Assembly (NCBI GenBank): GCA_947627595.1
Contig: CANQWQ010000002.1
Span: 137,924-201,923 of the forward strand
Direction: 5' to 3'
From: an uncultured Clostridia bacterium
GTDB taxonomy: Bacteria; Bacillota; Clostridia; TANB77; CAG-508
Length of the DNA stretch: 64,000 bases
Below, piece by piece: positions 22,180 through 35,737 of this stretch. The translations under genes were made by a program, and so were the position numbers. The notes beneath the pieces are model-generated. The model was not told the DNA's origin. It was given only the letters and a program-made list of their open reading frames with translations, and ran no database searches. Within the stretch, counting starts at the first letter, position 1. Every line of letters starts with the position of its first letter.

Positions 22180-23317
22180 ATGATTAATTTTGCAGTTATA
22201 AATTTAAAAACTCTAATTAAAAACATGCTAAAGCTAGGATTTATAATAGCTTTTGTAATTGGAGTAATGAATATATTTGAAATAATTTCTTTTAATTTTA
22301 AAAATTTCAATTATTTTGAAGTATTAAAGAAAAGTCTTTCTTTTGAGGAGAAAAAAGAAGCTTCTAAAGATTTTTTTAAAACAGCGATTGTAAAAGAAAT
22401 TGCAATAACCGAGATAAAAGCTGAAAAACCTAAAGAAAAAAGATTAGTTCCAAATGAAATTGAAGAAAATAAACAAGAAGAGTCTCAAGAGGTTAAAGAA
22501 AATATAGAAAGTAAAGAAACTATTTCTACATCTTCAAATGAAGAGATTCCATTAAGCTTGCCAACAAAAGTTATTGAAACTAATAATTTAGCTGAAAATT
22601 ACAATACTACTTATAAGACAGTTAAAATTAAGAATGAGACAAAGTTTAATTTAACTGAAGATATTTTGACTCCAAATATTGAAATTAAAGACAAAAAGAA
22701 TGTAATTATCTTTCACACACATACTTGTGAAAGCTATACACAAACTAGTGAGAATAGTTATACTCCTTCTGGAAATTATAGAACAACAGATTTAAATTAT
22801 TCTGTTGCTAGAGTTGGAAGTGTTTTAGAAGAGTCACTTACAAATAAAGGGTTTAACGTAATTCATGATATGAATTATCACGATTATCCAGCTTATAATG
22901 GTTCATATGACAGATCTTTTAATACTGTTAAAAATTTGCTTTCTAAAGCTCCTTCTACACAACTTGTAATTGATCTTCATAGAGATGCAATTGGAAGCAT
23001 GAGTAATTATGCGCCAAGCGTTAAAATTGGAGATGAAGTTGTTTCACAGGTGATGTTTGTTATTGGGACAAATGGAGGAGGGTTAGAGCATCCTAACTGG
23101 CAGAATAATCTTAAGTTTGCGATAAAAGTTCAAGAAAAGGCAAATGAAATGTATCCGCGGTTTATTTAGACCAATAATACTCAGAAATTCTAGATATAAT
23201 CAAAATTTAGCTGATTTTGCTTGTATAATTGAAGTGGGTGCTACTGGAAATACTTTGGAACAGACGACAGCTTCTATGAAATATCTAGCTGAAGTCATTT
23301 CTCAAGTTATGCAATAA
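22180..23317 (+). CDS. spoIIP: SpoIIP-family cell-wall amidase. Needs a +1 shift at CGG 23158-23160
   Basis: IIFHTHTCESYT, IDLHRD, EVGATGNTLEQ signatures of stage II sporulation protein P family; the last one only after skipping C23158. Confidence 0.75.
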
Positions 23318-23459
23318 AAAAGTCTTGACAATATGGGAGAATAAATATAAAATATAATTGCGTAAAAAAGCAATACAATATAAATTATTATAAATTGATA
23401 AAAGAAAAAAGTAATTTATTTGTACATTGAAAAATTAATATAGAAAGAGGTAAATTGAT

Positions 23460-25001
23460 ATGCAAGGAATTATTTATGTTGCCATCTTTCTTGTCTCAGC
23501 TGCAATATTTACACCTGTTGGAATTTTTATCAGAAAGAAAATTGCAGAATCTAAAATTAAAAGCGCAGAAGAAGAAGCTAAAAAAATAGTTAATGATGCT
23601 AGAATTGAAGCTGAAAACTTAAGGAAAGAAGAAGTTATCAAGTCTAAAGAGGAAATATTACAACTTAGAAATGATTTAGACAAAGAGATTAAAGAAAGAA
23701 GAGGCGAAATTCAACTACAAGAAAAAAGATTAATTCAAAAAGAAGAAAATCTTGAAAAACGTACATCAATTTTTGAAGGCAGAGAAAAAGACTTAGAGAG
23801 AAAATTTACTGAAAATGAACAAAAACGTCAAGAATTAGAAGAAATGTATGCAAGAGAAGCAGAAGAACTTCAAAGAATATCAGGACTTACTCAAGAACAA
23901 GCAAAACGTCAACTTTTAGATAGTTTAGAAAGTGAATTAACTAGTGAAAAAGCTCAGTTAATTAGAGACTATGAACAAAAATTCAAAGATGATGCTGTGA
24001 AAGAAGCTAGAGAAGTTATAGGTTTAGCAATTCAAAAATGTGCAGCAGACCATACTTCAGAAACTACAGTTTCAGTAGTTTCACTTCCAAGTGATGAAAT
24101 GAAAGGAAGAATAATAGGTAGAGAAGGTAGAAATATCAAAACTCTTGAAACCTTAACAGGAATCGATTTAATAATTGATGACACACCTGAAGCGGTTATT
24201 ATCTCAGGCTTTGATCCACTAAGAAGAGAAGTTGCTCGTTTAGCACTAGAAAAATTAATTGATGATGGAAGAATCCATCCAGCTAAAATTGAGGAAGTTG
24301 TTGAGAAAGCCAAAGAAGAAGTCCAAGAAATTATTAAATCAGAAGGTGAAAGAGCTTGTTTAGAAACAGGTGTTAATAATCTTCACCCAGATTTAGTTAA
24401 ATTAATTGGAAAATTAAAATATAGGACAAGTTATGGACAAAATGTTCTTAATCACTCTATAGAAGTTTCAAACTTAGCTCGATTAATGGCGGACGAGCTA
24501 GGAATAAACTCTAAAATTGCTAAGAGAGCAGGTTTATTACATGACATTGGTAAAGCTCTAGATCATGATATGGAGGGAACTCATGTTGAAATAGGTGTAG
24601 AAATATTGAAAAAATATAAGGAAAACGACACTGTTATAAATGCCGTTGAAGCTCACCACGGCGATGTTGAACCAGTTTCAATTGAAGCCATTTTAGTACA
24701 AGCTGCAGATGCAATATCAGCATCTAGACCAGGTGCTAGAAGAGAAACTCTAGAAGCTTATATCAAGAGATTGGAAAAACTTGAAGAAATTGCAAATTCA
24801 TTTGAAGGTGTTGAAACATCATTCGCAATTCAAGCTGGCCGTGAGGTTAGATTAATTGTTAAACCAGAACAAGTTTCAGATAATGAAATGGTTGTTATGG
24901 CTAGAGATGTTGCAAAACGTGTTGAGAGTGAAATGGAATATCCAGGACAAATTAAAGTTAACGTTATTAGAGAAACTAGAGCAATCGATTATGCAAAATA
25001 A
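23460..25001 (+). CDS. rny: Ribonuclease Y
   Basis: N-terminal TM, coiled coil, KH domain, HD domain (LLHDIGKA). Confidence 0.9.
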   Translation: MQGIIYVAIFLVSAAIFTPVGIFIRKKIAESKIKSAEEEAKKIVNDARIEAENLRKEEVIKSKEEILQLRNDLDKEIKERRGEIQLQEKRLIQKEENLEKRTSIFEGREKDLERKFTENEQKRQELEEMYAREAEELQRISGLTQEQAKRQLLDSLESELTSEKAQLIRDYEQKFKDDAVKEAREVIGLAIQKCAADHTSETTVSVVSLPSDEMKGRIIGREGRNIKTLETLTGIDLIIDDTPEAVIISGFDPLRREVARLALEKLIDDGRIHPAKIEEVVEKAKEEVQEIIKSEGERACLETGVNNLHPDLVKLIGKLKYRTSYGQNVLNHSIEVSNLARLMADELGINSKIAKRAGLLHDIGKALDHDMEGTHVEIGVEILKKYKENDTVINAVEAHHGDVEPVSIEAILVQAADAISASRPGARRETLEAYIKRLEKLEEIANSFEGVETSFAIQAGREVRLIVKPEQVSDNEMVVMARDVAKRVESEMEYPGQIKVNVIRETRAIDYAK

Positions 25002-25034
25002 AAAAATCCCCCGGTTAACCGGGGGTATTTTTTT
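25001..25034. terminator. Bidirectional terminator between rny and convergent minus-strand gene
   Basis: cccccggttaaccggggg hairpin flanked by A-run and T-run. Confidence 0.7.
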
Positions 25035-25365
25035 ATGAGAAAATTCCAGTTACTGCAGCAATTACTCCTAAACCTATAATTAATGCAATAATAACTAAAA
25101 TAGGATCACGCCAGAAACAATAAAAGTCAAATATTTTATCAAAAACATTTCTAAATTTAATAGGTTTTTTGCTACCAACAGTTCTATTTTCAGAATAGAT
25201 ATCTCTGCCATATTTTTGAATTGATTCTTGACGTCTTTGCTCAGTGAAAAGATTAAGTTCTTTTTGCTTTTCTTCATCACTCATTTTGTCAAAACGCTCT
25301 AAATTTTCAATTTCTTGTTTTGCTTTTTCATAATGAAATATTTCTTCATCTTTATTTTCGTTCAT
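25033..25365 (-). CDS. Hypothetical small membrane-anchored protein
   Basis: 110 aa ORF with C-terminal TM. Confidence 0.4.
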   Translation of the reverse strand: MNENKDEEIFHYEKAKQEIENLERFDKMSDEEKQKELNLFTEQRRQESIQKYGRDIYSENRTVGSKKPIKFRNVFDKIFDFYCFWRDPILVIIALIIGLGVIAAVTGIFS

Positions 25366-25387
25366 TTGTTTAAAATCTCCTTAAATT

Positions 25388-26625
25388 TTAGCTTTGTTTT
25401 AACTCTAAAATTTTATGTGTATAATCTAAATTTGCAACAGGATCTGTTTTATATTTTAGAGTATATATATTCGTAGCTAAAATATCTTTCATTAACATAT
25501 CTTGTAAATTCATATCTCTATTTGTTTCAAAAAATCTTTTTACAGAAACAACAATTTTTGCTTTTGGATTATGCTCAGCAATAGCTGAAATTATTCGTTT
25601 TCCATGGCTATTAAATCCAAGAACACGAATATATGGTGTAACTCTTTGAGAAACTTGAACATCTCTTTTTGTAATTCCAAGTAGGGCATAAACCAAAATT
25701 CTTTGAATTCTAGTTTGAGTGTATCTTTTTGATTTTATTTTATTTATTAGAGAATCTAAATCTACACAAGTATTTGCAGCTTGTTTTATTTTATTTTCTA
25801 GACCTTCTGTAACATCAGGAAGCTTAGAAATTTCTAATAAAGTCATTTTTCTTAAAGCATAGATGATTTCTTTTTCATAGAGCTTAAGAGAAGTAATAAG
25901 ATTTCCTTTTTCTTGTAGCTTTTCAATGATTTCATAAGTTTCAAAAGGAACAACTTGATTAATTCTTTTTTCATTTTCAATCATTTCACGAATTCCAGTA
26001 GCACTAGTGATTCCATTTTTAACTTTAGGAGAATTATATTCACTATATTCTCTTTTAATAGTAATAGGAATAATTGAGCTATTAGTTCGTTTTAAAGCTT
26101 TTAAATATTCAACACCAAGGATATTATTTGGATTTTTAAGTGCATCCATATACATAGGTGAATTTCCAAAATACATATGAAGGGCTATTTCACGAGCTTT
26201 AGGATATGAAAGACCAGATTTTAATTGAGTTTTTAAGATATTAGAAAATTCTTTAGGTTCTTTAGCAAGAATAGAAGCAACATCATCAAGAGGTTTAATT
26301 TGACCCATTTCAGAGCCAAATGAAAGGTAATCTATTATTCCAAGTGAATTTAAAATTTTGACAGCTCCGAGTAGCAAAATTTTCAGCACTTGAACAAGCA
26401 TAAACAGTAGGAAGTTCAATAACTAAGTCAATTCCTTGGCGAAGCGCCATTTCAGTTTTTGACCATTTATCAACAAGTGATGGTTCTCCGACGTTCGACA
26501 AAGCTTCCACTCATAACTGCAATCGTAAAATCGGCTTTTGTTAACTCTAAAGATTTTTTTAAATGCAGAATATGACCATTATGAAAAGGGTTATATTCTG
26601 AAACGATTCCTAAGACTCCTCCCAA
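25388..26625 (-). CDS. tmcAL: tRNA(Met) cytidine acetate ligase TmcAL (YlbM/UPF0348). Needs two +1 shifts at minus-strand CGG codons (plus coords 26488-26490 and 26367-26369)
   Basis: TTG start; N-terminus [13 protein letters not shown] nucleotidyltransferase motif; SGSFVERG|EPSLVDKW.. and ..FAT|[10 protein letters not shown].. continuity only after skipping the C. Confidence 0.75.
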
Positions 26626-26715
26626 ATAAAATCACCTCTGGTATTGTAAATTTCTAAATTTACTGATATAATATCATAGAATTGAAATTTTGTAAATAAC
26701 AACGGAAAGGAAAAA

Positions 26716-27159
26716 TATGAATTACAAAGTTGATATCTATACAGATGGAGCTTGTTCTCGGAAACCCAGGACCTGGGCGGATGGGGAGCAATTTTAATGT
26801 ATGGAGAAAATAAAAAAGAAATATCAGGTTTTAATAGCAAAACTACTAATAATATTATGGAAATAACGGCAGTTTTAGAAGCATTAAAACTCTTAAAATT
26901 TCCATGTGAAATTAAAATTTATAGTGATAGTGCATATGTAGTTAATTGCTTTAAGCAAGGTTGGATATATAATTGGCAAAAAAATAACTGGAAAGGCTCA
27001 GATAAAAAACCAGTTAAAAACAGAGAATTATGGGAAGAGCTATATAATGAGCTTCAAAAACATAAATTTGAATTTATAAAAGTTAAAGGTCATAGTGATA
27101 ATGAATTTAATAATAGATGTGATTATTTAGCTACAACAGAGATTAAGAAAAATACATAA
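26716..27159 (+). CDS. rnhA: Ribonuclease HI. Needs two +1 shifts at CGG 26755 and 26774
   Basis: [26 protein letters not shown] restored only after skipping both C; downstream RNase H fold conserved. Confidence 0.8.
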
Positions 27160-27174
27160 GAGAGGTAAATTTAG

Positions 27175-27816
27175 ATGATAATTATAGGTGTTACAGGAAG
27201 ATCTGGTTCAGGAAAAAGTACAGTTAGTACAATTATAAAAAATAATACAGGTGCTTTAGTTATTGATGCAGACATGATTGTTAAAGAATTAATGGCTCCT
27301 GGTGAAAAATATTATGATGATGTTGTTAAAATGTTTGGAGATGAAATTGTTAATAAAAATCCAGGCAAAAAGTTTGGAAGAATAAATAATCCTAAACTTG
27401 CTGACATCATTTTTGAAGATAGTGAAAAAAGAGAGAAATTAAATAAATTAACATTTAAATATGTTGGAGCAAAAACTAAAGAAATTATTTTAAGTAATAA
27501 AGATAAAGAAATTATCGTTTTAGATTTTCCGCTTTTATATGAAGGTGGTTTTGATAAAATTTGCAATTGCGTAATTGGAGTTTTCGCAGATGAAGAAACT
27601 ATGGAATCTAGAATTAAAGAAAGAGATAGAATTACTAGAGAAAAATTTAAAGCTAGAGTTAATATTCAAATAAGTGAAGAAGATTTAAAAAATAAAGCTA
27701 CTTATACAGTAGATAATTCAAATAGTATTAGATATATAAATTTAGTTAATGATGTAGTTAGATTAGTTCATAGAATTAAGAAAGATGAAGAGGAGAAAGT
27801 AAAAAATAAAAAATGA
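27175..27816 (+). CDS. coaE: Dephospho-CoA kinase
   Basis: P-loop [12 protein letters not shown], CoaE length and order. Confidence 0.75.
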   Translation: MIIIGVTGRSGSGKSTVSTIIKNNTGALVIDADMIVKELMAPGEKYYDDVVKMFGDEIVNKNPGKKFGRINNPKLADIIFEDSEKREKLNKLTFKYVGAKTKEIILSNKDKEIIVLDFPLLYEGGFDKICNCVIGVFADEETMESRIKERDRITREKFKARVNIQISEEDLKNKATYTVDNSNSIRYINLVNDVVRLVHRIKKDEEEKVKNKK

Positions 27817-28838
27817 AAGTATCAGATTTTAATTATGAATTACCAGAAGAATTAATTGCTCAAACACCTTATGATAAACGTGATGAAGCAAGACTTATGG
27901 TTTTAAATAGAAAAGACGAAACAATAGAAAATAAAGTTTTTAAAGATGTTATAAATTATTTAGAACCTCGGAGATTGCTTAGTTATAAATAATACAAAGG
28001 TAATTCCTGCTAGACTTTATGGAACAAAAGACACTGGTGCTAAAATTGAATTTTTGCTTTTAAAAAGATTAGAAGGCGACTATTGGGAAGTAATGGTTAG
28101 GCCTCGGTAATAAATTAAAACCAGGAACAAAAGCAAGTTTTGGAGATGGATTATTAAAAGCTGAAATTCTAGAAGTTTTAGAAGGTGGAAATAGAAAAGT
28201 AAAATTTGAATATAAAGGAATATTTAACGAAATCTTAGATAAAATAGGTTTAATGCCACTTCCACCATATATCAAAGAAACTTTAAAAGATAATGATAAA
28301 TATCAAACAGTTTATGCAAAATATGATGGTTCTGCTGCTGCTCCAACTGCTGGACTTCACTTTACTGAAGAACTTTTAGATAAAATAAAAGAAAAAGGAA
28401 TAGAAGTTGCAAATGTTACTCTTCATGTTGGAATAGGAACATTTAGACCTGTAAAAGTAGAAAATGTTGAAGATCATTCAATGCACTCAGAACATTTTTA
28501 TATAAAAGCTGAAGATGCTGAAAAAATAAATAAAGCTAAGAGAGAAAATCACAGAGTAATAGCTGTTGGAACTACATCTTGTAGAGTCCTAGAAAGTGTT
28601 TCAGATGAAAATGGATTTGTACATGAAATAGAAGGAGATACAAGCATTTTTATTTATCCTCGGTTATAAATTTAAATGTATAGATAGCCTAATTACTAAT
28701 TTTCATTTACCAGAATCAACGTTAATTATGCTTGTTTCAAGCTTAGCTGGACGAGACTTTATAATGAAAGCTTATAATGAAGCTGTTAAAGAAAGATATA
28801 AGTTTTTCAGTTTTGGTGATGCAATGATTATTTTATAA
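27813..28838 (+). CDS. queA: S-adenosylmethionine:tRNA ribosyltransferase-isomerase QueA. Needs three +1 shifts at CGG 27969, 28105 and 28661
   Basis: [18 protein letters not shown]-terminus; [28 protein letters not shown] and YPGYKF.. restored after each skip; ends ..[10 protein letters not shown]. Confidence 0.85.
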
Positions 28839-28879
28839 ATTTAATATAAATAGATTGACATAATATCAAAATGGTAGTA

Positions 28880-30388
<1,509 letters not shown>

Positions 30389-30417
30389 ATTTTATACAAG
30401 AGAGGAGAACATTTTAA

Positions 30418-31902
30418 ATGAACGAATTTGACAAATATACGGCTCAAAGAAATGTTGCAAAAGAAAAGAAAAAGAAAACACTTTTAACTGGAATTGTTAT
30501 ATGTATAGTTTTAATTATAGTATTAGCAGTTATGATTTTATATTATCAAAGTGTTGATGCACATACTTTTAAACTATATATAAATGATGTTCAAGCTAGT
30601 AGTGGAGAAGGATTTTGCGTTAAAGATGAAAATGGTGAATATTATATAAGAGCCAAAGATGTTGCAAGTTATATTCAATGGTCATACCAAAATGGTGAAT
30701 ATGGCTCATATAACGAAGATCCAAATAGCGGATATATTCAAAACGGATATGAAATTGCTTCATTTGTTGCAGGTTCAAATACATTGAAAAAATATATACA
30801 AGTTACTGCTACAGAATATAATGATGAAGTAACAGGTGAGCTAATAAAACCTTTTGAAACTAACTCAGCTGAAGGAACTTTAGAAACATCAACATTAGCT
30901 TTACCAATAATAAGTCAAAATGGTCAAATTTATTTTCCTGTAAAATGTTTAAGCGATATTTGTAATTGTAGAATTGTTTATGAAAATGAATATAGAATGT
31001 ATATATATGATCAAACATTTTTACTTAATTTAGCTCAAGTAAATGCTGCAAACTATGGTTTCCAAAGTGTTAGTGGAATTTATGAAAACATGAGAACACT
31101 TGGATATGGAATGATGGTTGTTAGCAATGGAGCTTTATATGGAGTAGTTGATATCTATAGTGGTCAAGATATAATAGGTTTAAAATATCAAGATATGGTA
31201 TTTGCTCAAAATGTTAAAGAATTTTTCGTAAAGACTACAAATAGTAATGATGAGACATCTGTTGGTATTATTAATAGTCGAGGCGATTCAGTTGTAAAAC
31301 CAAAGAATTATTCAAATATTCAAATTTTGAGTGATAATTTAGGATTATATTTAGTTGAAAAAGATGGTGAATATGGTGTTCTTGATAAAGAAGGAGAAGT
31401 CGTAGTTCACTGTGAATATGATAATATAGGAATTCCTGAAAATGTTTTAGAGAGTTTTGATTTTGCAGTAGAAAGTAATAAATATCTTTTATATGATGAT
31501 ACTATTATTGTTGAATCAAATGGAAGTTATGGAATTTGCGATACAGAAGGAAATATAAACAAAGAGCCTATATTTACAGGCTTTGGATATGTTAAAGATG
31601 CTGATGAAGATGCACCAAAAAATGCAAGTGATACATTATTAGTTGAACTTGAAGGATTAGAGTGTGTTGACGGAGTTTCTAGAGATGTAAAAGGAATTAT
31701 AGTTCAACTAGAACAAAATGATACTACAGGATATGGTTTATATGATTCTGTTAGCAAAGAATGGATCGTACCTTGTATGTTTGAAAGAATATATGGAGTT
31801 ACAACAAAAGGAAATACAGAATATTATGCATATTATTCAGGACAAACATATGATTTAGCAGATTTATTAGCACAAAATCCAGGTGAATATTTTAAAGAGT
31901 AA
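30418..31902 (+). CDS. Hypothetical membrane-anchored surface protein with Gly/Tyr-containing repeats
   Basis: N-terminal TM, repetitive YG/WG-like blocks. Confidence 0.4.
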   Translation: MNEFDKYTAQRNVAKEKKKKTLLTGIVICIVLIIVLAVMILYYQSVDAHTFKLYINDVQASSGEGFCVKDENGEYYIRAKDVASYIQWSYQNGEYGSYNEDPNSGYIQNGYEIASFVAGSNTLKKYIQVTATEYNDEVTGELIKPFETNSAEGTLETSTLALPIISQNGQIYFPVKCLSDICNCRIVYENEYRMYIYDQTFLLNLAQVNAANYGFQSVSGIYENMRTLGYGMMVVSNGALYGVVDIYSGQDIIGLKYQDMVFAQNVKEFFVKTTNSNDETSVGIINSRGDSVVKPKNYSNIQILSDNLGLYLVEKDGEYGVLDKEGEVVVHCEYDNIGIPENVLESFDFAVESNKYLLYDDTIIVESNGSYGICDTEGNINKEPIFTGFGYVKDADEDAPKNASDTLLVELEGLECVDGVSRDVKGIIVQLEQNDTTGYGLYDSVSKEWIVPCMFERIYGVTTKGNTEYYAYYSGQTYDLADLLAQNPGEYFKE

Positions 31903-31950
31903 AATTTAAAGCTAATCCCTGCTATAATATTTATAGTAGGGATTTTTATA

Positions 31951-32693
31951 TTGAAAGAATTAAGGGATATGAGTAGCAAGAAAAAAATCAAATTATTTAA
32001 AATAATATTATTTATCATAGCAATTGCACTTATAGTTGGATTAACTTTATATATGATTCCAGTAATACAAGAACTTTTAACAGATAAACGGAAAAACAGA
32101 ATATAAAGATAAAGTCCAAAAAGCTGGAATTGGTGGAATCTTTATGATTGTTGGGCTAGAACTTATAAAAGTATTTTTAGCCTTTATTCCTGGTGAGCCA
32201 ATTGAAATTGTTGCACGGAATGTGTTATGGAAAATTCTGGGGAACAATTATTATAATGACTTCTGCTGCTGTTGCTACGATAATAATTTATATGTTAGTA
32301 AGAATATTTGGAAGAAAATTTATATATAATTTTTTAAGTCCAGAAAAAATTGAAAAATTTGAGAACATGAAATTTCTTAAAAATGAAAAAAGACTTGAAA
32401 TGGTTTTATTAATTTTATTTGTATCACCATTTGTTCCAAAAGATGTTTTAATATATTTAGCTGGACTTTTACCAATAAATCCTGTTAATTTTCTACTTAT
32501 ATCAATACTTGGAAGATTCCCGTCAATTTTTTCTTCAACATTTGCCGGAGAAAATTTAGCAAAAGGAAATATAAAAGAATTAGTTTGGATTTATCTAATA
32601 ACTTATTTAGTAATTTTTATATTTATAATATTAGGAAAGCTACTTGTTGGCAATCATAAAAATGATGAAAAAAAGCTTGATAAAACTTCTTAA
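31951..32693 (+). CDS. DedA/TVP38/TMEM64-family membrane protein. Needs two +1 shifts at CGG 32089 and 32216 (alternative ATG start 31969)
   Basis: FIPGEPIEIVA|GMCYGKFWGTII.. and family core restored after skipping the C; track shows overlapping ORFs 32144 and 32193. Confidence 0.7.
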
Positions 32694-32737
32694 ATATTAT
32701 AGAATAAATTCACATTAAAGAAGCTTGGAGGTCATTT

Positions 32738-34006
32738 ATGGAAAACGAAGAAGAAAATATTATAACCTTAATTATGGCTGCTGGTAAAGGAACTAGAATG
32801 AAATCAAAAAAATCAAAACTAGTTCAAAAAATATATGGAAAAGAGCTTGTAAAAAGAGTTGTAGAGCTTGCTGAAAAAATTGGATCAAGTGAAATAATAG
32901 CTGTTGTTGGATATTTAAGAGAACAAGTAGAAGCTGTTCTTGAAAATAGAGTAAAATATGCTTATCAAGAAGAACTTTTAGGAACAGGTCATGCTGTTAT
33001 GCAAGCTGAAAGATATTTAAAAGACAAAAAAGGAAAAGCAGTTATTCTTTATGGTGATGTTCCAATTATTAGACCAGAGACTTTAAAAAATTTAATAAAT
33101 AAGAGTGTTACAGGAAAAGAATATGCTACAGTTTTGACTGCAATTTATGAGAACCCTACAGGCTATGGAAGAATAATTCGTGATGAAGGTGGAAGTATAA
33201 AAGAAATCGTTGAAGAAAAAGATGCTACACCTGAGCAAAAACAAATAAAAGAGATTAATTCTGGAATATATTGTTTTGATATAGAAGCTTTATTAGACGC
33301 AATTCATAAGATTACACCAAATAATGCTCAAGGAGAATATTATTTAACAGATGTTATCAGAATTATGAATGAGCAAGGTTTAAAAACTGGTGCTATGATA
33401 GTTGAAGATAATACTGAAATCCTAGGAGTTAACGACAGAAGTCAATTAGAGCTTTTAACTAAAGTTTTAAGAAATAGAATAAACAATCTTCACATGAGAA
33501 ATGGAGTTACAATTGAAGATTCTAGCACCACATATATTTATGATGATGTAGTTATTGGAATGGATACTGTTATTCATCCAAACACTACAATAAAAGGTGA
33601 TGTCGTAATTGGTGAAAATTGTGAAATAGGTCCAAATGCTTATGTTCGTGAAGGTTGTAGAATTGCTGACAATGTTAAAATTGGAAACTTTGTTGAACTT
33701 AAGAAAACTATAATTGACAGTGGAACAAAAGTGCCACACTTCATATATTTAGGCGATTGTGAAGTTGGAAAAAATACAAATATAGGTTGTGGAACAATTA
33801 CTTGTAATTATGATGGAATAAACAAAAACAAAACTTTAATAGGTGATAATTGTTTTGTTGGATCAAATGTAAATTTTGTTGCACCAGTAAAAATTGGAAA
33901 TAACAGTAAAATCGGAGCTGGTTCAACAATTACAGAAGATGTTCCGGAAAACAGTTTAGCTATTGCAAGACAAAGGCAGATTAATAAAGAAAATTATAAT
34001 AAATAA
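32738..34006 (+). CDS. glmU: Bifunctional UDP-N-acetylglucosamine pyrophosphorylase / glucosamine-1-phosphate N-acetyltransferase
   Basis: N-terminal nucleotidyltransferase LIMAAGKGTRM, C-terminal left-handed beta-helix hexapeptide repeats. Confidence 0.9.
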   Translation: MENEEENIITLIMAAGKGTRMKSKKSKLVQKIYGKELVKRVVELAEKIGSSEIIAVVGYLREQVEAVLENRVKYAYQEELLGTGHAVMQAERYLKDKKGKAVILYGDVPIIRPETLKNLINKSVTGKEYATVLTAIYENPTGYGRIIRDEGGSIKEIVEEKDATPEQKQIKEINSGIYCFDIEALLDAIHKITPNNAQGEYYLTDVIRIMNEQGLKTGAMIVEDNTEILGVNDRSQLELLTKVLRNRINNLHMRNGVTIEDSSTTYIYDDVVIGMDTVIHPNTTIKGDVVIGENCEIGPNAYVREGCRIADNVKIGNFVELKKTIIDSGTKVPHFIYLGDCEVGKNTNIGCGTITCNYDGINKNKTLIGDNCFVGSNVNFVAPVKIGNNSKIGAGSTITEDVPENSLAIARQRQINKENYNK

Positions 34007-34012
34007 AAAAAT

Positions 34013-34047
34013 TGGAAATGGGGACTGTCCCCATTTCTCATTTTTTA
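34013..34047. terminator. Bidirectional terminator hairpin (GGGGACTGTCCCC family) between glmU and convergent gene
   Basis: gaaatggggactgtccccatttc then T-run. Confidence 0.6.
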
Positions 34048-34422
34048 TGCTTGTTCTCCAGGCATAATATATGCGATAACGCCATAAATTAAAGCACCAA
34101 TAATAGCTGCAAACCAAGAAATTGAGTATCCAGCTACAAAGAATTGAGTTGCATATAAGGTAATTGCAGCTAGTACAAAGCCGACAAAGCCTTTACCAAA
34201 TGCAATGGCATTTAAACCAGTAATTTTAACTATTAAGTAATCCATAACAGTTAACACTATAGCAGCTATTCCTAATGCCCATATATTACTAATGGAGAAG
34301 TTTGGAGTAAAGAAAGCAGTAATACCAAGAATTATACTGGCTACTATAAATCTTCCTAAAATTTGACCTACAGTACTCATTACACCTTGACTATTACTAA
34401 CATTTGAAGTATTATTATCCAT
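34045..34422 (-). CDS. Small 4-TM membrane protein
   Basis: 125 aa, hydrophobic helices. Confidence 0.4.
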   Translation of the reverse strand: MDNNTSNVSNSQGVMSTVGQILGRFIVASIILGITAFFTPNFSISNIWALGIAAIVLTVMDYLIVKITGLNAIAFGKGFVGFVLAAITLYATQFFVAGYSISWFAAIIGALIYGVIAYIMPGEQA

Positions 34423-34566
34423 TTTTATCTCTTTCCTTTCTATAGGATAATTTCAAAAACTAGCCTACAATTTTAATTTATAAAATCTTTCTATTTTATA
34501 AATATAAGTATATTTTAAATAAATTTGCAGAAAATATACAGGAAAAATATATAAGGAGAGATTTTA

Positions 34567-35238
34567 GTGTTATTAAGCTTTGTAAGAGCAATTATTTTAT
34601 ATTTAATTGTTCTATTTGTTATGAGGTTTATGGGAAAACGTGAAATAGGTCAATTAGAGCCATTTGAACTAACTATATCAATGATGATTGCAGATCTTGC
34701 TTGCACTCCAATGGCAAACACGGGGCTTCCAATATATTTAGGAATTATTCCTATTTTTGGACTTCTAGTAATGCATTTTATAATTTCTTTTGCAAGTATA
34801 AGAAGTATAAAATTGAGAGAATTTTTTAGCGGAAAGCCTTCGATTTTAATTAAAAACGGACGAATTGATGAAAAGATTTTAGTTAAAGAAAATTTTACTG
34901 TAAATGAGCTTCAAGAAAGACTAAGAGGTCAAAGTATATTTGATATTGGTGATGTAGAATATGCGATCTTAGAGACTTCTGGCGAACTTACTGTTATTTT
35001 GAAACCAGAAAAAAGAGCACCAACTCTAGAAGATTTAGGACTTAAAGCAGAATATACAGGTTTGCCATATGACTTAGTAATTGATGGAATAATTTTAAAG
35101 GATAATTTAGAAAAAATTGGGAAAAATATTAATTGGCTAGAACATGAAGTTAGAAAATTTGGCTTTAAACCAGAAGAGGCTTTAGTTGTAACGTTAAATG
35201 GAAAAGGGGATATGTTTTGTCAGAAAAAGGAAACATAG
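34567..35238 (+). CDS. DUF421 (YetF-like) membrane protein
   Basis: RFMGKREIGQLEPFELTISMMIADLA N-terminal region typical of YetF/DUF421. Confidence 0.65.
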   Translation: MLLSFVRAIILYLIVLFVMRFMGKREIGQLEPFELTISMMIADLACTPMANTGLPIYLGIIPIFGLLVMHFIISFASIRSIKLREFFSGKPSILIKNGRIDEKILVKENFTVNELQERLRGQSIFDIGDVEYAILETSGELTVILKPEKRAPTLEDLGLKAEYTGLPYDLVIDGIILKDNLEKIGKNINWLEHEVRKFGFKPEEALVVTLNGKGDMFCQKKET

Positions 35239-35636
35239 TTTTTAATAAATATAGACATCTAATATTTGCAATTGTTATTGTTATTATAATCATAATTTTA
35301 GATATTATATTTGAAAATTATTCCAAAAGTATAATTAAAAAAGTAAATGTTAATATTGATAAAATTTATAAAGAGTTTGAAGAAAATAATTATAATGAAA
35401 ATAAATTAGAGAAGCTAGCTAAAAATTCTAAAAATGAATGGGAAAAGAAAGAAAAATTTTTATCATGTTTTATAGAGCATGACGAGTTTGAGAAAATTAA
35501 TATTAAACTAAATATTCTTTATATAAAAATCAAAAATAAGAATTGGGTTGATGCAAAATCAGATGTGATTGAAATTAAAAAACTTGTAGAATATTTAAAG
35601 GGAAAATATGAACTTTCAATCCAAAATTTATTTTGA
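35217..35636 (+). CDS. Hypothetical membrane-anchored protein (often paired with DUF421)
   Basis: ORF overlapping upstream stop, single TM. Confidence 0.35.
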   Translation: MSEKGNIVFNKYRHLIFAIVIVIIIIILDIIFENYSKSIIKKVNVNIDKIYKEFEENNYNENKLEKLAKNSKNEWEKKEKFLSCFIEHDEFEKINIKLNILYIKIKNKNWVDAKSDVIEIKKLVEYLKGKYELSIQNLF

Positions 35637-35737
35637 TTTTTTTGAAATTTAGGGTTGTATTTTTTTGCTAGGTGTAATATAATTGTAACAAATTTGTAAC
35701 TGAAAATGTCTAGAACGAAAGGCGGGCGATTTTTTTA

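Noticed and set aside
11631-28663. Systematic sequencing error at Dcm-type CCWGG sites (several breaks read CCTCGG, i.e. CCTGG plus one C)
   Set aside because: Only about 8 of 21 sites could derive from CCWGG; the rest (e.g. AGACGGT, ATTCGGA, CGTCGGA, GACCGGT, AAACGGA) cannot. All 21 insertions lie exactly before codon position 1 of a conserved Gly codon, and none at other GG phases or in intergenic DNA. I kept this as the null hypothesis to test with independent reads, but rejected it as the best explanation.
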